In this document: piece after piece, positions 10,200-25,535 of the stretch
How the letters are laid out: every line of letters begins with the position of its first letter
Position numbering within the stretch: the stretch's first letter is position 1
From: Hypanus sabinus
Lineage: Eukaryota
Length of the DNA: 64,000 nt
Direction of reading: 5' to 3'
Assembly: GCF_030144855.1 (NCBI RefSeq)
Contig: NC_082709.1
Span: 155,682,001 to 155,746,000, forward strand
The notes under the pieces: generated by a model
Database searches by the model: none
What the model saw: only the letters and a program-made list of their open reading frames with translations
Told to the model about the DNA's origin: nothing
Position numbers and translations under genes: made by a program

Positions 10200-11750
10200 G
10201 GGGCATTAAGTGTATGAAGTTTCCATAACTAGAGAAAAGGCTCTTTGGAAACTGAAAGGTCTGAAGAAAGATAAGTCACCTGGACCAGATGGTGTACACT
10301 CCAGAGTTCTGAAAGAGGTGGCTGAAGAGATTGTGGAGGCATTAGTAATGATCTTTCAAGAATCACTAGATTCTGGAATGGTTCCCTAAGACTGAAAAAT
10401 TGCAAATGTCACTCCACTCCTCAAGAAGGGAGAGAGACGGAAGAAAGGAAACTATAGGCTGGTTAGTCTGACCTCAGTGGTTGGGAAGATGTTGGAATTG
10501 ATTATTAAGGATGACGTCTCAGGGTATTTGGAGGTACATGATTCATAGTCAGCATAGGAAAATCTTTTGGAATTCTTTGAAGAAATAACAAGTATGATAG
10601 ACAAAGGAGCATCAGTTTATTTTGTGTACTTGGATTTTCAGTAGGCCTTTGACAAGATGTCACACGAGGCTGTTTAACAAACTATGAGCCCATGGTCTTA
10701 CAGAAAAGATTCTGGCATGGATAAAGCAGTGGCTGATTGGCAGTAGGCAAAGAGTGGGAATAAAGGGAGCCTTTTCTGACTGGCTGCCTGTAACTAGTGG
10801 TGTTCCAGAAGGGTCTGTGTTGGGATTGATTCTTTTTACATTATTATGTAAATGATTTGGATCATGGAATTAATTGCTTTGTTGCAAAGTTTGAAGACAA
10901 TTATGAAGACAGATGGTTTGAGGAAGTAGGGAGGCTACAGCAGGGCTTAAGACATATTAGAAGAATGAGTAAAGAAATGTTAGATGGAATCAGTGTATGG
11001 TCATGCACTTTGGTAGAAGAAATTAACGGGCTGACTTTTTTCAAAATGGAGAAAAGAAACAAAAATCTGAGGTGCAGGATACCCCAAAAGTGAATTTGCA
11101 CATCGAGTCTGTGGTGAGGAAGGTGAATGCAATGTTGGCATTCATTTTAAGAGGACTAGAATATAAAAGCAAGAGTGTAATGTTGAGACTTCATAATTGC
11201 ACTGATGAAGCCTCACGGAGTATTATGAGTAGGTTTGGACCCCTCATCTTAGAAAGGATGTGTTGAAACTGGAGAGAGTTCAAAGGACGTTCTCAAAATC
11301 AATACCATGATTGAATGGCTTGTCATATAAAGAGTATTTGATGGCTCCAGGCTTGTACTCAGTAGAGTTCCAAAGAATGAGGGGTGACCTTATTGAAACC
11401 TATCGAATGGTGAAAGACCTTGATAGAGTGGCTGTGGAGAGGATATTTCCTATAGTGGGAAAGTTTAAGAATAGAGGGGGCGATCTTTCAGAACAGAGAC
11501 GAGAAGGAATTTCTTTAGCCAGAGTGGCGAATCTGTGGAATTCTTTGCCAGGGGCAGCTGTGGAAGCCACATGTTTATGTATTTAAAGCTGAGGTTGATA
11601 GATTCATGATTGGTCAGGGCATGAAAGGATACCAGGAGAAGGCAGGAGACTGGGGCTTGGAGGAAAATTTTATCAGCTGTGATGAAGTAATGGAACAGAG
11701 TCAATGCACCAAATAGCCTAATACTGCTCCTAAATCTTATGGCCGTATGG
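10200..11750 (+). mobile_element. Decayed CR1 LINE (RT region and 3' tail)
   Basis: DKSPGPDG, GVPxGSVLG and FVAKFED relics with stops; tcttatgg tail. Confidence 0.88.
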
Positions 11751-13599
11751 ACTCAGAATATTAGTTCAAAAATTTGCCATAGTGCTACTGATCTATCCAT
11801 TTGATACAAAAGAGCTGTACAAATGATCTACATCGTGTTTAGAGAAGCACTTTTGTACCCTACACTGAATCAGGTTTAACAACACTGGCATTTGTCATAA
11901 AATGTGTTACCTTTTTGGCAGCAGTACAATGCAATACATAGTAATAGAGAAAAACTGAATTATAGTAAGTATATACATATCATATAGCTGAATTAACTAA
12001 GTAGTGCAAAATAAAAATATATAAAGTAGTGGGCACTGCATCTGCAGTGCATCTTTGATTGAGCATGAACTTAGAAATGATGAGTATTAATGGATCATTT
12101 AAATATAGGACCTTTGCAAAATCAACTCACTTAACAAGATCTGAGGTAACTCAGCCTAAATTCTTGCTGCAATCCAAATTGTAGCACCCAATGTAGATGA
12201 GTCCCCACTGATGAATTAATTTGTAGGGTCTGTGAGGTACAGCACCATGAAAGCTACTGCTTGGCTTAGAATGCAAATGTTAAATAAAAGGTACGATTAA
12301 TAATGTTACAGTGTATATTGACTTTTTGTGTACAAAAACAACTTTTGCTTGGATTGTTAAAATATTAATAATCAGTTAACTGATTTCAAGGCCATTTCAC
12401 AACATATTAAGAGATATTCAGAAAACTGAGACTGGTTTGTGTGTTTGTTTGCTGGAAATCTGAATTAAAATGGAGAATACTGCATAATCTGGTGAAAACA
12501 AAGCAGTTTCACTGTTGAAATTGTTTTGGCAGAATTGCGAGACTGAGAAGACAAGTTAGCTTTAAGTTGCAAAGAGGGCCAGGGAGGAATGGACAAGACA
12601 AAGGAGATAACTCTGTCCCAAGCTGTTGATGTGATTCTACTATTTATAGAGTTGGCTGGTTAAAAAGAGAGTAATTAAAGAGAGTGTGAAAATGAAAAGC
12701 TGAAGGATGCAAACCTACAATTCAGACTCCAACACGTGGAGAACCTCTTTCAGAACTGACTTGCTTTGACAGGGAAAGCAAGTTACTATGACTTGTTAAT
12801 TTCCAGAAAAGTCTCTTGCAATCTGCAATGTGTCGAGGATAAGAGATGCTCTTTATGAAGCTAACGACAGACAGCCTTGCAACTATGCAGGAAGTTACAG
12901 ATAACTGACCTTTTGCCAGAGCCATCATTAGCCCTCAGATGTTTGAGTGGCTGTTAAAATCCAGACTTTTACCTTCAAATATGGAAGTCGAAGAGTCACA
13001 TCAGATCTGTTGCTAGGCTTCACATGGAGGCCAGTCTGGCTGGGATTCCTGGCGTTATGCTGGGCAAATCATCATTCAGATCCCGTGTCTGTTGATTTCA
13101 GTTGGAACATTGAAAAGGCATTAACTTAAGTACTTGAATAGGCAAGGCAGAAGACTGAGGCTTACTGTAGAACTGGGACTGGTATTTTTGTGCCAAAAGG
13201 TCAGCTTGGACACATTGGATTGAAGGGGCTATTTTGTCCCGTACATCTCTGCGATTTTATTAGGAAAGGGGAGGTAAGTTACTTAGTGAAAAAAACATTT
13301 TGATTTTTAAAATTTATTAGTATTTTAATTAAGTATTTTAAAATTCTTTTCAATTTTACTGTTTCTATTTGTCCATCAATGTCAGAAACATAGAAAATCA
13401 GATATAACAGGTTTTGGGGCTGTAGTGCCAACTTCACTTTCCGTAAGGACATTTCAAGTGTGGCATGTCCTCTATGCCATTGTGGTTGGTCTCCAACTCA
13501 GGCCCACATTTAAGTGCAGGAATTACCTGAACCAACCTGAGGGGCAATTGATTCAAGTAAGATGGTTACATTTGAGACTGATGGAGAACAAATATGAGA

Positions 13600-14500
13600 G
13601 CTGAGGTGGCCTTTTGAGACCTCAGATAGTCAGGATGCATAGCAACTCCTCCATCCCCATTTTCCTCAACACAAGTCTGTGCTGATCCCACTGCTCACAC
13701 ATGACTGCATGGCCAATAGAGGTGGGATTCATCACCACCAACGATGAGGCAGCCTACAGAGAGAAGGTGGCAGAACTTGAGGTCTGTTGCCACATAAATA
13801 ACCTTGTTGTCAATGTCAACAAGGCTAAGGCAATGGTCACTGTCTTCAAGAGAACTCATACTATCCACACACCCTTTTAAAATGCAAGCAATTTCAATTC
13901 CTAGGTGCGTACATCACACTAAACCTCTCCTGGTCCCAAGACAAATCCTACAGTCAAGAAAGCTCATCAATGCCTCTACTCTCTGAACAGGCAGAAGAAA
14001 GCCGGAGTTCGCACATCCATACTCTCACCATCTACAAATGCGCAGCAAAGAGCATCCTGACCAGCTACATCTCTGTTTGGTACGGTAAGTGCACTGCACT
14101 GGGTAGGAAGGCTTTATAATAGGTAGTCAAAACTGCCCAACCTGTCATCATCAGCACCAGCCCACTCAGCATCAATTTCAGACTGTATAGCGTATACAGA
14201 AAGGTGTTGGAAAGGGTCAGTAACATCATGAAGAATCCCACACTCCCTGTGCATGGTCTGTTTGTTACTCTCCCTTTGGGGAAGGGGGCTATGTCACACC
14301 CACACCAGGATAATCAGACTCAAAAACAGTTACTTTTCCCAAGCAATAAGGCTGATCAACACCCCCACCATTACTTTATTATTTCCTGTCAGTCACCTTA
14401 CGTACAGCTTGGCAACACTTTATGGACGCAAAATCTATGTATATAAACTATGGTATTTATTTTTGTTTTGTAGTTATTATTGCATTCTTTCATGTTATTG
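13600..14500 (+). mobile_element. Decayed Rex1-type LINE
   Basis: Relic of NNLxLNVxKTKE-type RT C-terminus and downstream region. Confidence 0.65.
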
Positions 14501-15199
14501 TTTGCTGCATCCACTTGCATTAGAGCTCTGCCAATTCACACATTTTTGTTGTATAGCATAAAACTACTGGAAGAACTTGGCAGGACAAGCATCATCTTCA
14601 AAGGGAAATGGCGAGTCAATGTCTTGAGTTGATCTGGTCCAGACACCAGTTATCCAGTTCCTTCTACAAATGCACAGTTGCAATTTGTTTCTTGCTCTAG
14701 ATTACTAGCAGCATGTTTTGTCCCCTCTTTGTAGTGGTTTATTTGGTGAATGCGACTGTTAAAATAGAAAAGCTCAGTGAACTGTGCTGTTTATATCTAA
14801 AAATAGCCTGCAGATGCATTGGTGTGGGTAACTTCACTCACAACTCTAGAACTGATTCTATGACCTACAAATTCACTTCCGAGGAGAGTTTACAATTGCT
14901 GTTCTCAGTATTTGATAACTTTGATAATTTGATACTGCTTTGATATTTACTTTGAATTTTGATGCTGAGAATCTGAAACAAAAAGGAAAATGTGAGCTTA
15001 TCCAGCATTTTCTGTTTCTGGGTCACACTTCATGTGACCATGCTAGTGTTCAGTTACTGTCTTGGAAGTTGTACTTTTATTGTTCAGTTATACTCATACT
15101 TCATTGTGCAAGTTAAAGAGACTCATCTTTATTTCAAAATCATCAGCCGAATGTCTTGTAAAATGATCAGTGCCGTTTCTAATTCAATAAATATGTTTT

Positions 15200-15520
15200 A
15201 ACTAAAGTTCACAATTACACATTCTTTCAGCAAAATGTAAATGCTGGGAATGTTTGTCTAGGATAGAATCTTTGTGTCCAGAATCTTGTCTTTCTAGTTG
15301 ACCTTAGATATTTTGTGCACCCAGGACATGTGGAAATGGCTAAGTTGCCTAGCATGTCTGTTGTATCCTGTCTGCATCTCGCAAGGGGAGTGGGTATGAT
15401 CACAGCATCATACACCTTCTGATGATCCCTCTTTGTTTCCACATTTCCCAATCTTCCAAAAGCAGAGCCTGTTTTTGCTATCCTCTTGTTCACTTTGATC
15501 TTGGGGGAGGACGCAGCTAA
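15200..15520 (-). mobile_element. RTE-clade LINE RT fragment
   Basis: NKRIAKTGSAFGRL...KVYDAVIIPT matches the RTE motif. Confidence 0.7.
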
Positions 15521-15841
15521 GGTATGTGAACTTGTCCTTATTCAACCATTATAGCTTTGAAGAAGGTACCTTCTTTAACCATTATAGTCTTTCTGTTGAA
15601 GGCATGTTTTTAATGCAGCTGGGAGAAGATTACAGGTTTTGGACTTGGTATCTATGAAAGGCCAACAGTATATTTCCAAATCAGGATGATGAGAGACTAC
15701 TGGAGGGGAACCTGCAGTTGGTTAAGTTGCTGAACCTGAAGATCTTGTGCTGTTTTGGCAGTTAAAATATTAAAATGCATAAAGTGTCCTGCAAAGCTTA
15801 GGCTCCTGTGTGTTTTCTAAAACTATCTTCTCGATTTAGCC

Positions 15842-15916
15842 CAGGGGTTCCTAACCTAGGGACCACGGACCCCTTGCTTAATGATACTTGTTCATGGAAT
15901 AATAAAGTTTGGGAGC
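15842..15916. mobile_element. Small decayed hAT MITE
   Basis: caggggttcctaacct start with a degenerate inverted end. Confidence 0.5.
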
Positions 15917-16329
15917 ATGATTTATCCCATTTTCATCAACTTTGCATCTGTACCCCTATTCCAATATGCCTCATAACATTGCTTCCCTTTCATATATATG
16001 AAACACTTCATTTTTTAAAATATTAAATTTCATCTGCTGTATTTGCTCATTCTACCAGCACATTTATATCCTTACACAGTCCATTACTATCCTCTTCACA
16101 GTTCACTACTATTCCAAGTTTTGTGTCATGTTGATTTGGACATTGTACATACCAGTCTCAGTCAATTATATTAAGCCATGATCTGAGGTCAGCCCTTTAG
16201 AAACATACTGTACACAATTTTTCATCCAAAAAACTATTCATAATGGCATGCAGATGGGAGGAAATTGCTTCATTGAACACCTTCACTCATCTTTGTAAAA
16301 GTCAGATTTCTCAGTGGCAAGCCATTCTA

Positions 16330-16930
16330 ATTTTATTTTCCATTCAACACCAACATGTATGTGCAAGGCCTCCTCTACTGACTAGTTGAGGCTCAAGACA
16401 GATTAGAGGAAAACCACCTCAAATTCTGGATTGGTAGTCTCCAACCTGATGTCATAAACCTCAATCTCTAACTTGCATTAACCATTCCACTCTGTCCTCA
16501 TTTCCCCCTCATCCAACCAGTTCCCTTCTCCTTCCCCTTCTCTGCCTTCTCAATTTGCCTATCATCCACACATTCTTCCCATTGGTTACCTCTTCACTGC
16601 CTTCCCTTTATTCCATGGTCAAGTGACCTCTCCATCTTCTTCTATATTCCAATTCTCACCCCTCACTCACCTGGCAGCTCTTACTCCATCTTAGACTGGC
16701 CATCTCCCCTCTTTCTTTCCAGTCCTGATTGTAGATGATCAGCCATGATCACAGTGAATGGTGGTGCTAGCTCAAAGGGCCGAATGGCCTACTCCTGCAC
16801 CTATTGTCTCGACTTAAAACAATGACTGTTCATTTATGTCCGAGGACATTGGTTGACTTGCAGAGATCTTCCAGCCTTTTCTGTGTTGCTCCAGATTTCC
16901 ATCCTCTGCAATCGTGTGCCTCCTATTCAC
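16330..16930 (+). mobile_element. Decayed Penelope-like 3' region interrupted by a CR1 tail (16730-16810)
   Basis: gaggaaaaccacctcaaattc...ctccaacctgatg relic, pyrimidine-rich tail and ccagcctttt...tgttgctcc end. Confidence 0.55.
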
Positions 16931-16939
16931 TACCAATCT

Positions 16940-17400
16940 GCTCCCTCTCAATACAAGCTTATACCCACATTGTTACTGCTCCTTTTGTTCTATGCTTTTT
17001 CAATTTTGATGCTAAGCTAGTCAACTTATCAAATGCCTTTAGAAGCTCATCATGCATATCAATTGCATTTCTCCCATCGTACCTGTTAACCCATTAAAAA
17101 ACCTTCAATTAAACAAGTTGTCATTCTGAATTACCCTATCATTCTACATTATAATGTTCAAATCACTGCTAATCCTTTCTACATCAGAGGTTAAACAGAC
17201 CTCTGGATTTATCCCTGTAAACCTTTCTTCAACACTTATCCAATGGTTATAGTTTAAAGCTTGGCCACACTTACAGATGTTCCAAAGATTTTGGCCAATT
17301 TCTTTGCAATTTTCATTGTTATTTCCCTTAAAAAGTTTGGATACATCCCATCTGGATCAGGTGATTTATCCACTGTAAGAATGACCAGTTTTTGCTGCAC
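16940..17400 (-). mobile_element. Old CR1 fragment
   Basis: Reverse complement encodes a DKSPxPDG-like motif at about 17345-17372. Confidence 0.5.
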
Positions 17401-17499
17401 CTCATGGAACTTCAGTCTTCACAGATCACTTCTCAATTCTAAATTTTCCAGATCTGGGAGGACTTGTAGCAATGCCTGTAGTCAAGTTAATTTTTAAGA

Positions 17500-20400
17500 C
17501 ATGGGGATCAACAATGTAACTTAATGCAATTTGATACAGTTATTCTTATTAAATGAAAACATATCTAAGGGGTTGAAACATTTATACATCCGGAATCAAT
17601 TAGTTGAATTGAATGAATCATGTTCATTTACTTTCCTGTAAAACTAATTCAGTAGATTGAATGACTTTGGTTGTATATTAAGACAACTTTTTGCTATAAA
17701 TAATAATCTTACTCAATTGTATGATACTGTACAATATGCTTTATTGCCTGCTTGGAAATAATGAGAATAACACTGCAGCAGCATACAGCATTATAACATA
17801 GTGAAAAGGAAAACTGTGTTTCAATCACAAAACTAAACAGACAGGCAATAAACAGTACGCAATATAAAATGATCATCTGTCAAATTATGCAACTTTTATA
17901 TAATTAGTGGCTTTAAACTCTTAATTATCAGTAGTAAAATTTCTGAATTCAATTTCTACAGAGCATATTAGTAAGAAATATATAAGGGACTCTGCTCAAA
18001 GCAATACAAAGGAGCTATATACACAGGCACCTTCTGTAACAAGAACTAATTCTCATGTAATAGGGATCTCCTAACATCACCAAGAATTTTGCTTCATGTT
18101 TTTGAAATTATACGTCACTGGCATTACTCTTTCAGGAACCTATAGCAGTCTCCCAGTTACCGCAAGTATGTTTAAATGAATAGCTTAGAACCACAGTGCC
18201 TTGCAAGACTTAGCAATGACTTTCAGCCATACTATTAACCCTTTCAATTAATATTATGAACTGTGGTACTCCATTAAACGGTGCAGTTAAATGCTACTTC
18301 ATCTACTTTGTTGCCTGCAACAAGAGTAAAAAAAAGGCAAATATTTCAGTATAGTGAGGATCATCAACATCATCACTGCTCTGTGCATTTCTAATGTGTA
18401 CCAAGCCTACAAGCAATTTTAAAAGTCATCGTCTTAGGAACCACAGTTAGCCCCTTTCAAACATTGTGATTTTGTATTTGGATCAAGTTACAAGATGACA
18501 CTGACGGTTAGCTGTTTTTCTTTTAAGCATCAGTGTATCTTGGTGCTTCAGAACTGACGGGAGGATTATTAGCCATTGAATGTCCTGCTCTTTGGGAGTC
18601 TGCTAACAGAGTCAACAACATCCAAAGTGCCTGTTAAGTAAGCTTATGGAGGAGGAACCAGCACTGAGCAGAGTGGTTAGGCTCAGACTCTGATCTTTGG
18701 GTCTGTATGAGTAATATTATTAAAGGAAATATCATGTTTTTAATTACCTTAGATGTTTCTATGAATGAAGGTATGTATAAAGTGCCTTCCATGAATTTGA
18801 TCAGTCCCTTCATGAGTTTTCAAACTGTAAATGGATTATTTGCCAACAAAACACTACCATAATGGCTCTATTGGTTTCATGATTACAGTGACACACCTGA
18901 AACTCTGAACCTATGTTTTACCGGTATAAATGATTTAAAGTATCTGGATCACCAAAGACCTCCAAATACTGAAGGGAAGAATTGTTGATTGTGATCTCAA
19001 AAAATTATGGTCTTTTCCTAATGCAGTGTTAATATCAAAATTATTGGTTCATTCAGTGACAGTGACCTAGCTTCCTCAAAGCTCACCAATGCATTCTTCC
19101 CAGCTCTCAGATGGAATAGAAATTCACATCAAACTAACATTTAAAAGGGAGTGGTCCAAATATTTCCAGTAACTTCTATGTTGGTTGGTGGTTGGCATTT
19201 CATTTAAAAGAATGACATTGTAATAGCACTATTTAAACAAGCCCTCCAGACTAAATTTTAATTGGAATCAAAATTACTATGTGATCATTTTTGAAAGACA
19301 ATGAAAAATTAAACTAAATTAAAGTTTTCTTGTGCTCCATAATTGATTTATTTCATCAACTCAAGGATAAAATAGACATATTCTGTCTTTCAACAAGTGC
19401 CTTGAATGTATAAAATTGAAACTGCAGACAATGCAATTTTGTGTGCATAGTCTGCTCTTAATTCAGTTATTTATTTCAAATGGTCTGATATTAATTTTCT
19501 TAAGCATTAAACACATATTGCCATTAATAGCCTTGTTTAATTTAAACATTAGAAATGTTAATTTGAAGTTCAAAAACAATTAACAATTATTATAAGTATG
19601 CCCAAACATTTCTCTGTTGGTCTGGAATGAGTGCGCAAGGTGCTGATCTTCCTTTAAACTGTTTTAACTAAACCCTAATGGTTCGAATAATGACAGAAAT
19701 TTATGCTGGTCTTCAAAGTTAGTAAATATAATTCAGACTGTCTACTGTATTTATAAATTTGCTTTTTATTCTAATGAAATATAATTCCTTTAATACTTCT
19801 TGTGAATCAGAAAACATCCCTGCATTTTTGGTATTAAAATTAAAATCAACTGTACATTATTACATCATTCTACCCCTTTCCAAAAAAATTAAATATTTCA
19901 GCCTACTTGGTGAGCCACCATTTACAAATATACTACTGAAATCATTTTAATTGGCCAAAAACAAACATTTATAAATTATTAAATTGCATCATACATTTGG
20001 TCAATAGATTAGGTGCATTACAGCTTCCTGCCTCCCTTTTTAGGCCACACTCCATGCTTTTAATGGTACATTACACAATGTTTTATCATTGTATTCCTCT
20101 TGTTATTTGGGATTTCTACTGGACTAGTTTACTGTGGCCAAGGCTTCAACCTGTGACCAAATAGGTACAATATAAAAGATGTTAGTTGGTAGACACAACT
20201 AGGTCAGTAGACTTATTTTCCTTTCAATATATATATATTTTAAAAAGTAAACATTTTCTTCATTCAACTTCAAACAATGTGTAAGAAATACTACTACAAA
20301 TGAACCCTTTGGCTACATCATTACTGCAGCAATTATAACTAAGACATAACAATATTAAAAAGTTTAAATTTTGTAAAGCTGTCTTTGTTTGCTATTCCAA

Positions 20401-23400
20401 TTTAAGAAAAACTTAAGTAATTTTAAGGCCAGAGATTTGTCTTCCAGACACTGCACATTTTGAGTTTCTTAAGCTATGCCTTACAATAGAAGGTAAAAAA
20501 GAAATTACATTATATTATCTGTTAAAGTTCTAATATTTAAAATAATCATCTACAATAAAGATGTGCATGTTATATCTGAATTATGAAATTCCATCTAGAA
20601 AGCATATTTTCACATCTACAATGAAATTAGATCAATATCCCAGGATTTCTTGTCTGAATGATTATTAGTTACTTGACAATAATAATGTGCTGCCATTTCC
20701 ATTCTTATTCAGAGTAATCTTTAACAATAAACCTATTAATGCTCAGTTTAACAAATTATTATTCATTTTTATGACACAGGCTTTGAAAAATTGAGTGACT
20801 TATCAACTTGGTCTTCAACAAATTTAAATGTTTGCAATCAAAATTAGTCTTTTTTTGTCTTTGTATGTAGGTAATAGAGTTATGCCTTTAAGACTGCTCG
20901 ACTGCTTTCTAACTCTTCTACAGGAGGATGAACTCCAAATATACATACAATTCTACCCTTAACTGTCTCATTCATTGTACTCACAATAGAAAAAGTGATT
21001 GGTTATTGCATTTCTTAATACCAAAAGCTATTTAAAATATGCTACTATAAATTATGCATGTGATGCTTTGTAAATAAAACACTTAAATCAAGGATTAGAT
21101 AAATCTTCTGTACATATCAGACTGAAATTGCCTGGACTATTCCCATGCAGATTAATGGAAAATCTTAGGTTGCTAAAACTAACAGTGTAACTTGTAATAC
21201 CATGTAGATTGGCAGATCATTATATCATTTTAGTTACACAAACAATTCCAGCAGGAGGAACACATTAGAAGCCTTACGTAACTATTATTGCAACTCACTT
21301 AAAAGAAATATAATCATAGGATGTTCTCTATGCAGAAATAATTTCTGAACTGATTTAATAACTAACCTTCGATGATTCAGCATTTTAAAAATGATCAAAA
21401 TGAAATTTGGTAATATGTAATCCCAATGTATAAATGTTCTATGAATTTTTCCAATAGTTATATCAAGTATCAAATCTTTAACAAAACAGATCCCCAAGAA
21501 ATATGTTTGTTTAAAGATGGTAATGAAGTTGAGTGCACATCAGTGTTAATTGCCTGGCTGTTAAATTTCTACTGTGGGCCTTCCTACATTTACTCCCACA
21601 GAACTGTATTTTTACAGGGTATTCATCAAACAACTTCTAAGGTTATGGCATTGGAGTAGAAACCTGGAGAGATTTCTGGCACAGACCCAAGTTTCGCATG
21701 ATGTGTCCATTCAAATATGCACAGTGGGCAAAATTTAAGTGTGCTAATGTTTCAGGAAAGATTGAGCCACAATGAAAAACCCAGCGATATCCATCCTACT
21801 GCACAACGGTGGCAAGAACAGTACATTCAGTCTATAATAGCTCTTGCTATTCCCACTGCTTCTCACATAACAATTTACTGTAGTGAAAACAGAAGCAGTA
21901 TTCTACAGATATGATTCATTAATTCTCCCTGTTATTTGCTTTGTTCAATCCATGAATAGTAAAGCTCTTTGTAAGCAAATGGGTACACTTCCAGAATAGG
22001 ACAACTGATAGGCATTCCATTACCTGGTTTAGGAACTCACACTTCTCTACATTGGTGATCAAATTTTGCAGTCTTTTCACATGCTAAAAAAGTGATATCA
22101 AGTGCAATAAGCTATACTTCAAAATAGTCACACTCTCTTTCTATAATTCAAAGGAGGAGCTCACTATTAAACTCCATACCCCACTTATCAATGTCATGGA
22201 AACGTCACTTAACAGTAAAACAAACAAATTAATGCAAAAATACAATGAATTGTATTCTACTTGGTCAGGCATAAAAAGTAGACATTTTTATCATTATACT
22301 CAACTTTTGTGAAAAAGCATTGTAACATTTAAATACAGTTACTTTTGTGTACTTCTCCATTTTTAAATATTAGCTAGACTTTGGGCAGAAGCTGGTTTCT
22401 ACAACAAGGAAAAGACAATATTTCTAATGACAAGCGAAGGATGACAATTTCACAAAACTTTAACAGATGTTATTTACAGCTAGAGTGAAAAGAGAAACAA
22501 AATATTGTATAAAGCTGCATACAATTGTATAAAGAATCATGTTACCAGGATGGAGTGTTCCAGCTACTTTATGCCTAATCATAGCCTGTACTCTGTGACT
22601 GGAAAAATTAATGGCAAATTTCAAATTGCGCTCAAAGTAAAATTGGGATGTTTTACAGTTTCATATATTGTTGGTTGAGAAAAGTGCATCTATCTTCTGT
22701 GTCAGCAGTTAAGACCGAAGCCCAGAATACAGTAATACAGCCATAGCTTTCGAAAATATATATGGCTAGTTTGGTATTGCAATTCAATCAACAATTCTGA
22801 TACATTAAATTCCCTATTGCTGATGTGCCAGTTCCACAACTCATCCTAGGGATTATGTCTTTGCAGCAAAAATTTCACTTTGGTAAAGGATTTGATGGAT
22901 GATATTTGCAGATCCAGGTGAACCAGTTTCATGTATTTGGGCAATGTTTAGAACTTACTAATCATTTTTATGACCTTCCCAAAGTATTCAAAGATGAAAT
23001 ATGAACCATAAACTAACACAACATTTAAGTGAATCCTGCGGTCAGTTGTACATTTCCAATAAGAAAACAATACATGCTCTAGTAGCTGAAGTTTTTTTGA
23101 ACAGTGAAGTATATATTTATTTCTCTTATCTGAGTCGTACAATTAGATGTATTCAGGTTTCTGTGCTTTGCATTCTGTAGAGAATCAAATTCCCTCCCGA
23201 TTCCTCCACCAGGTCCTATAACTGCAGCTACTGTTTTCCCCATGCATCCCCAACCTCTCTTCTTCACTATGATTTCACTGCAGAACTAACGTGGTGAGCT
23301 TACTTCTGGTTTCATCTGCTGCCCACATACTATTACGCTCTGTGGCACATGCTGTTGGAAGACATCATTGGTCATATATTTGGTACAAGTCCTCAGCATT

Positions 23401-25535
23401 AGTTTTATTTGTGCCTCACTATTAGCAGATTATACCTGGGGTAAAGATACAACGTAGAACTGTCAGTATAATTAACAAATACAGCACAAGAGTGCAAATT
23501 TAAATAAAAACAGGATCATGATGGCTTGTACCATTTAAGGCATTACTGAAAGTTTTTAAATCACTTTTAGAAGTCCTGAGAATGACCAACATTACCACAA
23601 ATCTTCTTTGAGGCAAACACTTTCGATCTTCAAAGCATCTGTCTAGTTCACAAGGCCAAGTCAAGTTCCTTTACTGAGTTTGAAAAAGCACATTAACCTG
23701 ACAATCAAGATTACTTTTGAATCTATAATAGGTTTTTATTAAAGGAACTGTTAAGTGCATCTTATTTTAGAACTCTGAAATAATGGCACATGCACATAAG
23801 CCCTTTGCCATTCTGTCACTCGCCTGATTCATTAATTCTACTTATCAATCTAAAACATAAATCCTGGAAGTTTAAATTTTAAATCAGAAGTTTAATTTCA
23901 CAAATGTAAATTGTAGGGCATATGATCATTTTGTCAAAAAATGTATTAAAATTAGTACAGTACAAAGGCTAAATGAGCCCATGTTAACATCTCTGTTATA
24001 GGTGTCACACCAAATTTAAGATTAATTCAGACCTAGTCCAGAAAAAAAGTGTTTAGATAATCAGTAGGAATGCTCTGGAAAAATTTGTTTCATTTTAACT
24101 GTACTATTTCGTTGCAAATTCCAATAAAAATTTACTAAAATAACCAAGTTTCATTTCTGTGAACAGCATGTACTATTCCATTCTGTGGTGCTTATTAAAT
24201 ATTAAATAATCCTTGTGAATGTCCTGAAAATAGACTACTGGTTGCACAGTATTAATCTATTTTCAGGATTATCGGTATCAAGATGTTGAACTAATAACCA
24301 TAAAATACAACCCATAGCTTATAATTACATCTGTATTACTGTGACTTCACTGAACTGCGTAAGAACTGTGTTTGAGACTGTAGAGTAATATCCTTAAAAT
24401 TTGAACAACTATTTTGAAATGTTCTTTGTAATCCCCAGTTGTTTTCCCATTCTGGTAACATGATCTTCAACTAATATAAGGAATAAAATATTTTGCATTT
24501 AAACAAAGTAGTACAAAACATCAGTAATTCTAGCTGTTGGTCTGACAGAAGATGTTGATTTCTTTGTGCTGATATACTTCTGCAACCTGAAATAAAACCT
24601 GAATTTCTCTTCAGTAATTTGCTGAATTAGTAACCCTACAACCATCGTAATAATCATTCACTGTAAAAACACAGCAGTGCAACAGTTGGAACCTAAAAAG
24701 CTTACAGGATTTATGCCACTATTAGTGCCTAATTGCTTAAAAAAATAAGCAAATTATTTTACATATCTTGACAGTATATAGGAAAACAGTCATGTCCAGT
24801 AAACTGGCCCAATGCAGGGTCAGTGAGGTTTAGCAATATGAAGTGAAAACAATAGGTATGAAGTCGTTATGGAAAAAAAACTCAAGCAAAAACAGTGTGT
24901 AAAAAAAATGTACCATCTGTTCAGAGGCAGATTCACTTTTAAACTCAACTACAGATTAAGAGATATTTTCAACTAAGTAGATGCTGTTGAAATAAAATTT
25001 CTTAATGTAATGAGCAAAATGTTAAGTATTTTTAATAATATACTTTCTTCCCACCATCATTTCAGTGATCAGGTAGAAGTTCATGATTACAGTTTTTGTA
25101 AAACTTAAATCATAATGTGCTTCTTTTTAAAAAATAGGGAAAATAAAGAGAACTTGACGATATCTAGTCACTAGCACAGTGCATCAGTGTTACTTGAGAA
25201 AAGCTAAAATTTGCAGCAAATCTGAGTAGCTCACACTCTAATCGCATAGCGTCCAACTGCAAGAGTTGCCAGTAGATTTCATGGCCTTTTGTTCTGTGTA
25301 ACAGCAATTCTTTTATATAACTAAGTTGTCTTCAGATTGGGTGCAACAGCTGAGGAAACTGGATTAACCCCATTTGTTTATATTCTGAGCCTGTCTATGG
25401 GACATTATTCAGACTGTGCCTCCCACCTGCACTGTCCAGCCATGGAAAGGTGAGATTCCCACAATGCAGTCAATATCAGGCCTTACGGATTCATCCCCTG
25501 TTGCAGATTTTGTTGGGATACAAATCAATCATAGA
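17500..25535 (-). other. BBX: Probable long BBX 3'UTR; AT-rich, nearly transposon-free tract (distal end undefined)
   Basis: Directly follows the stop; no recognisable LINE/SINE; several minus-strand AATAAA, e.g. 17745-17740. Confidence 0.45.
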
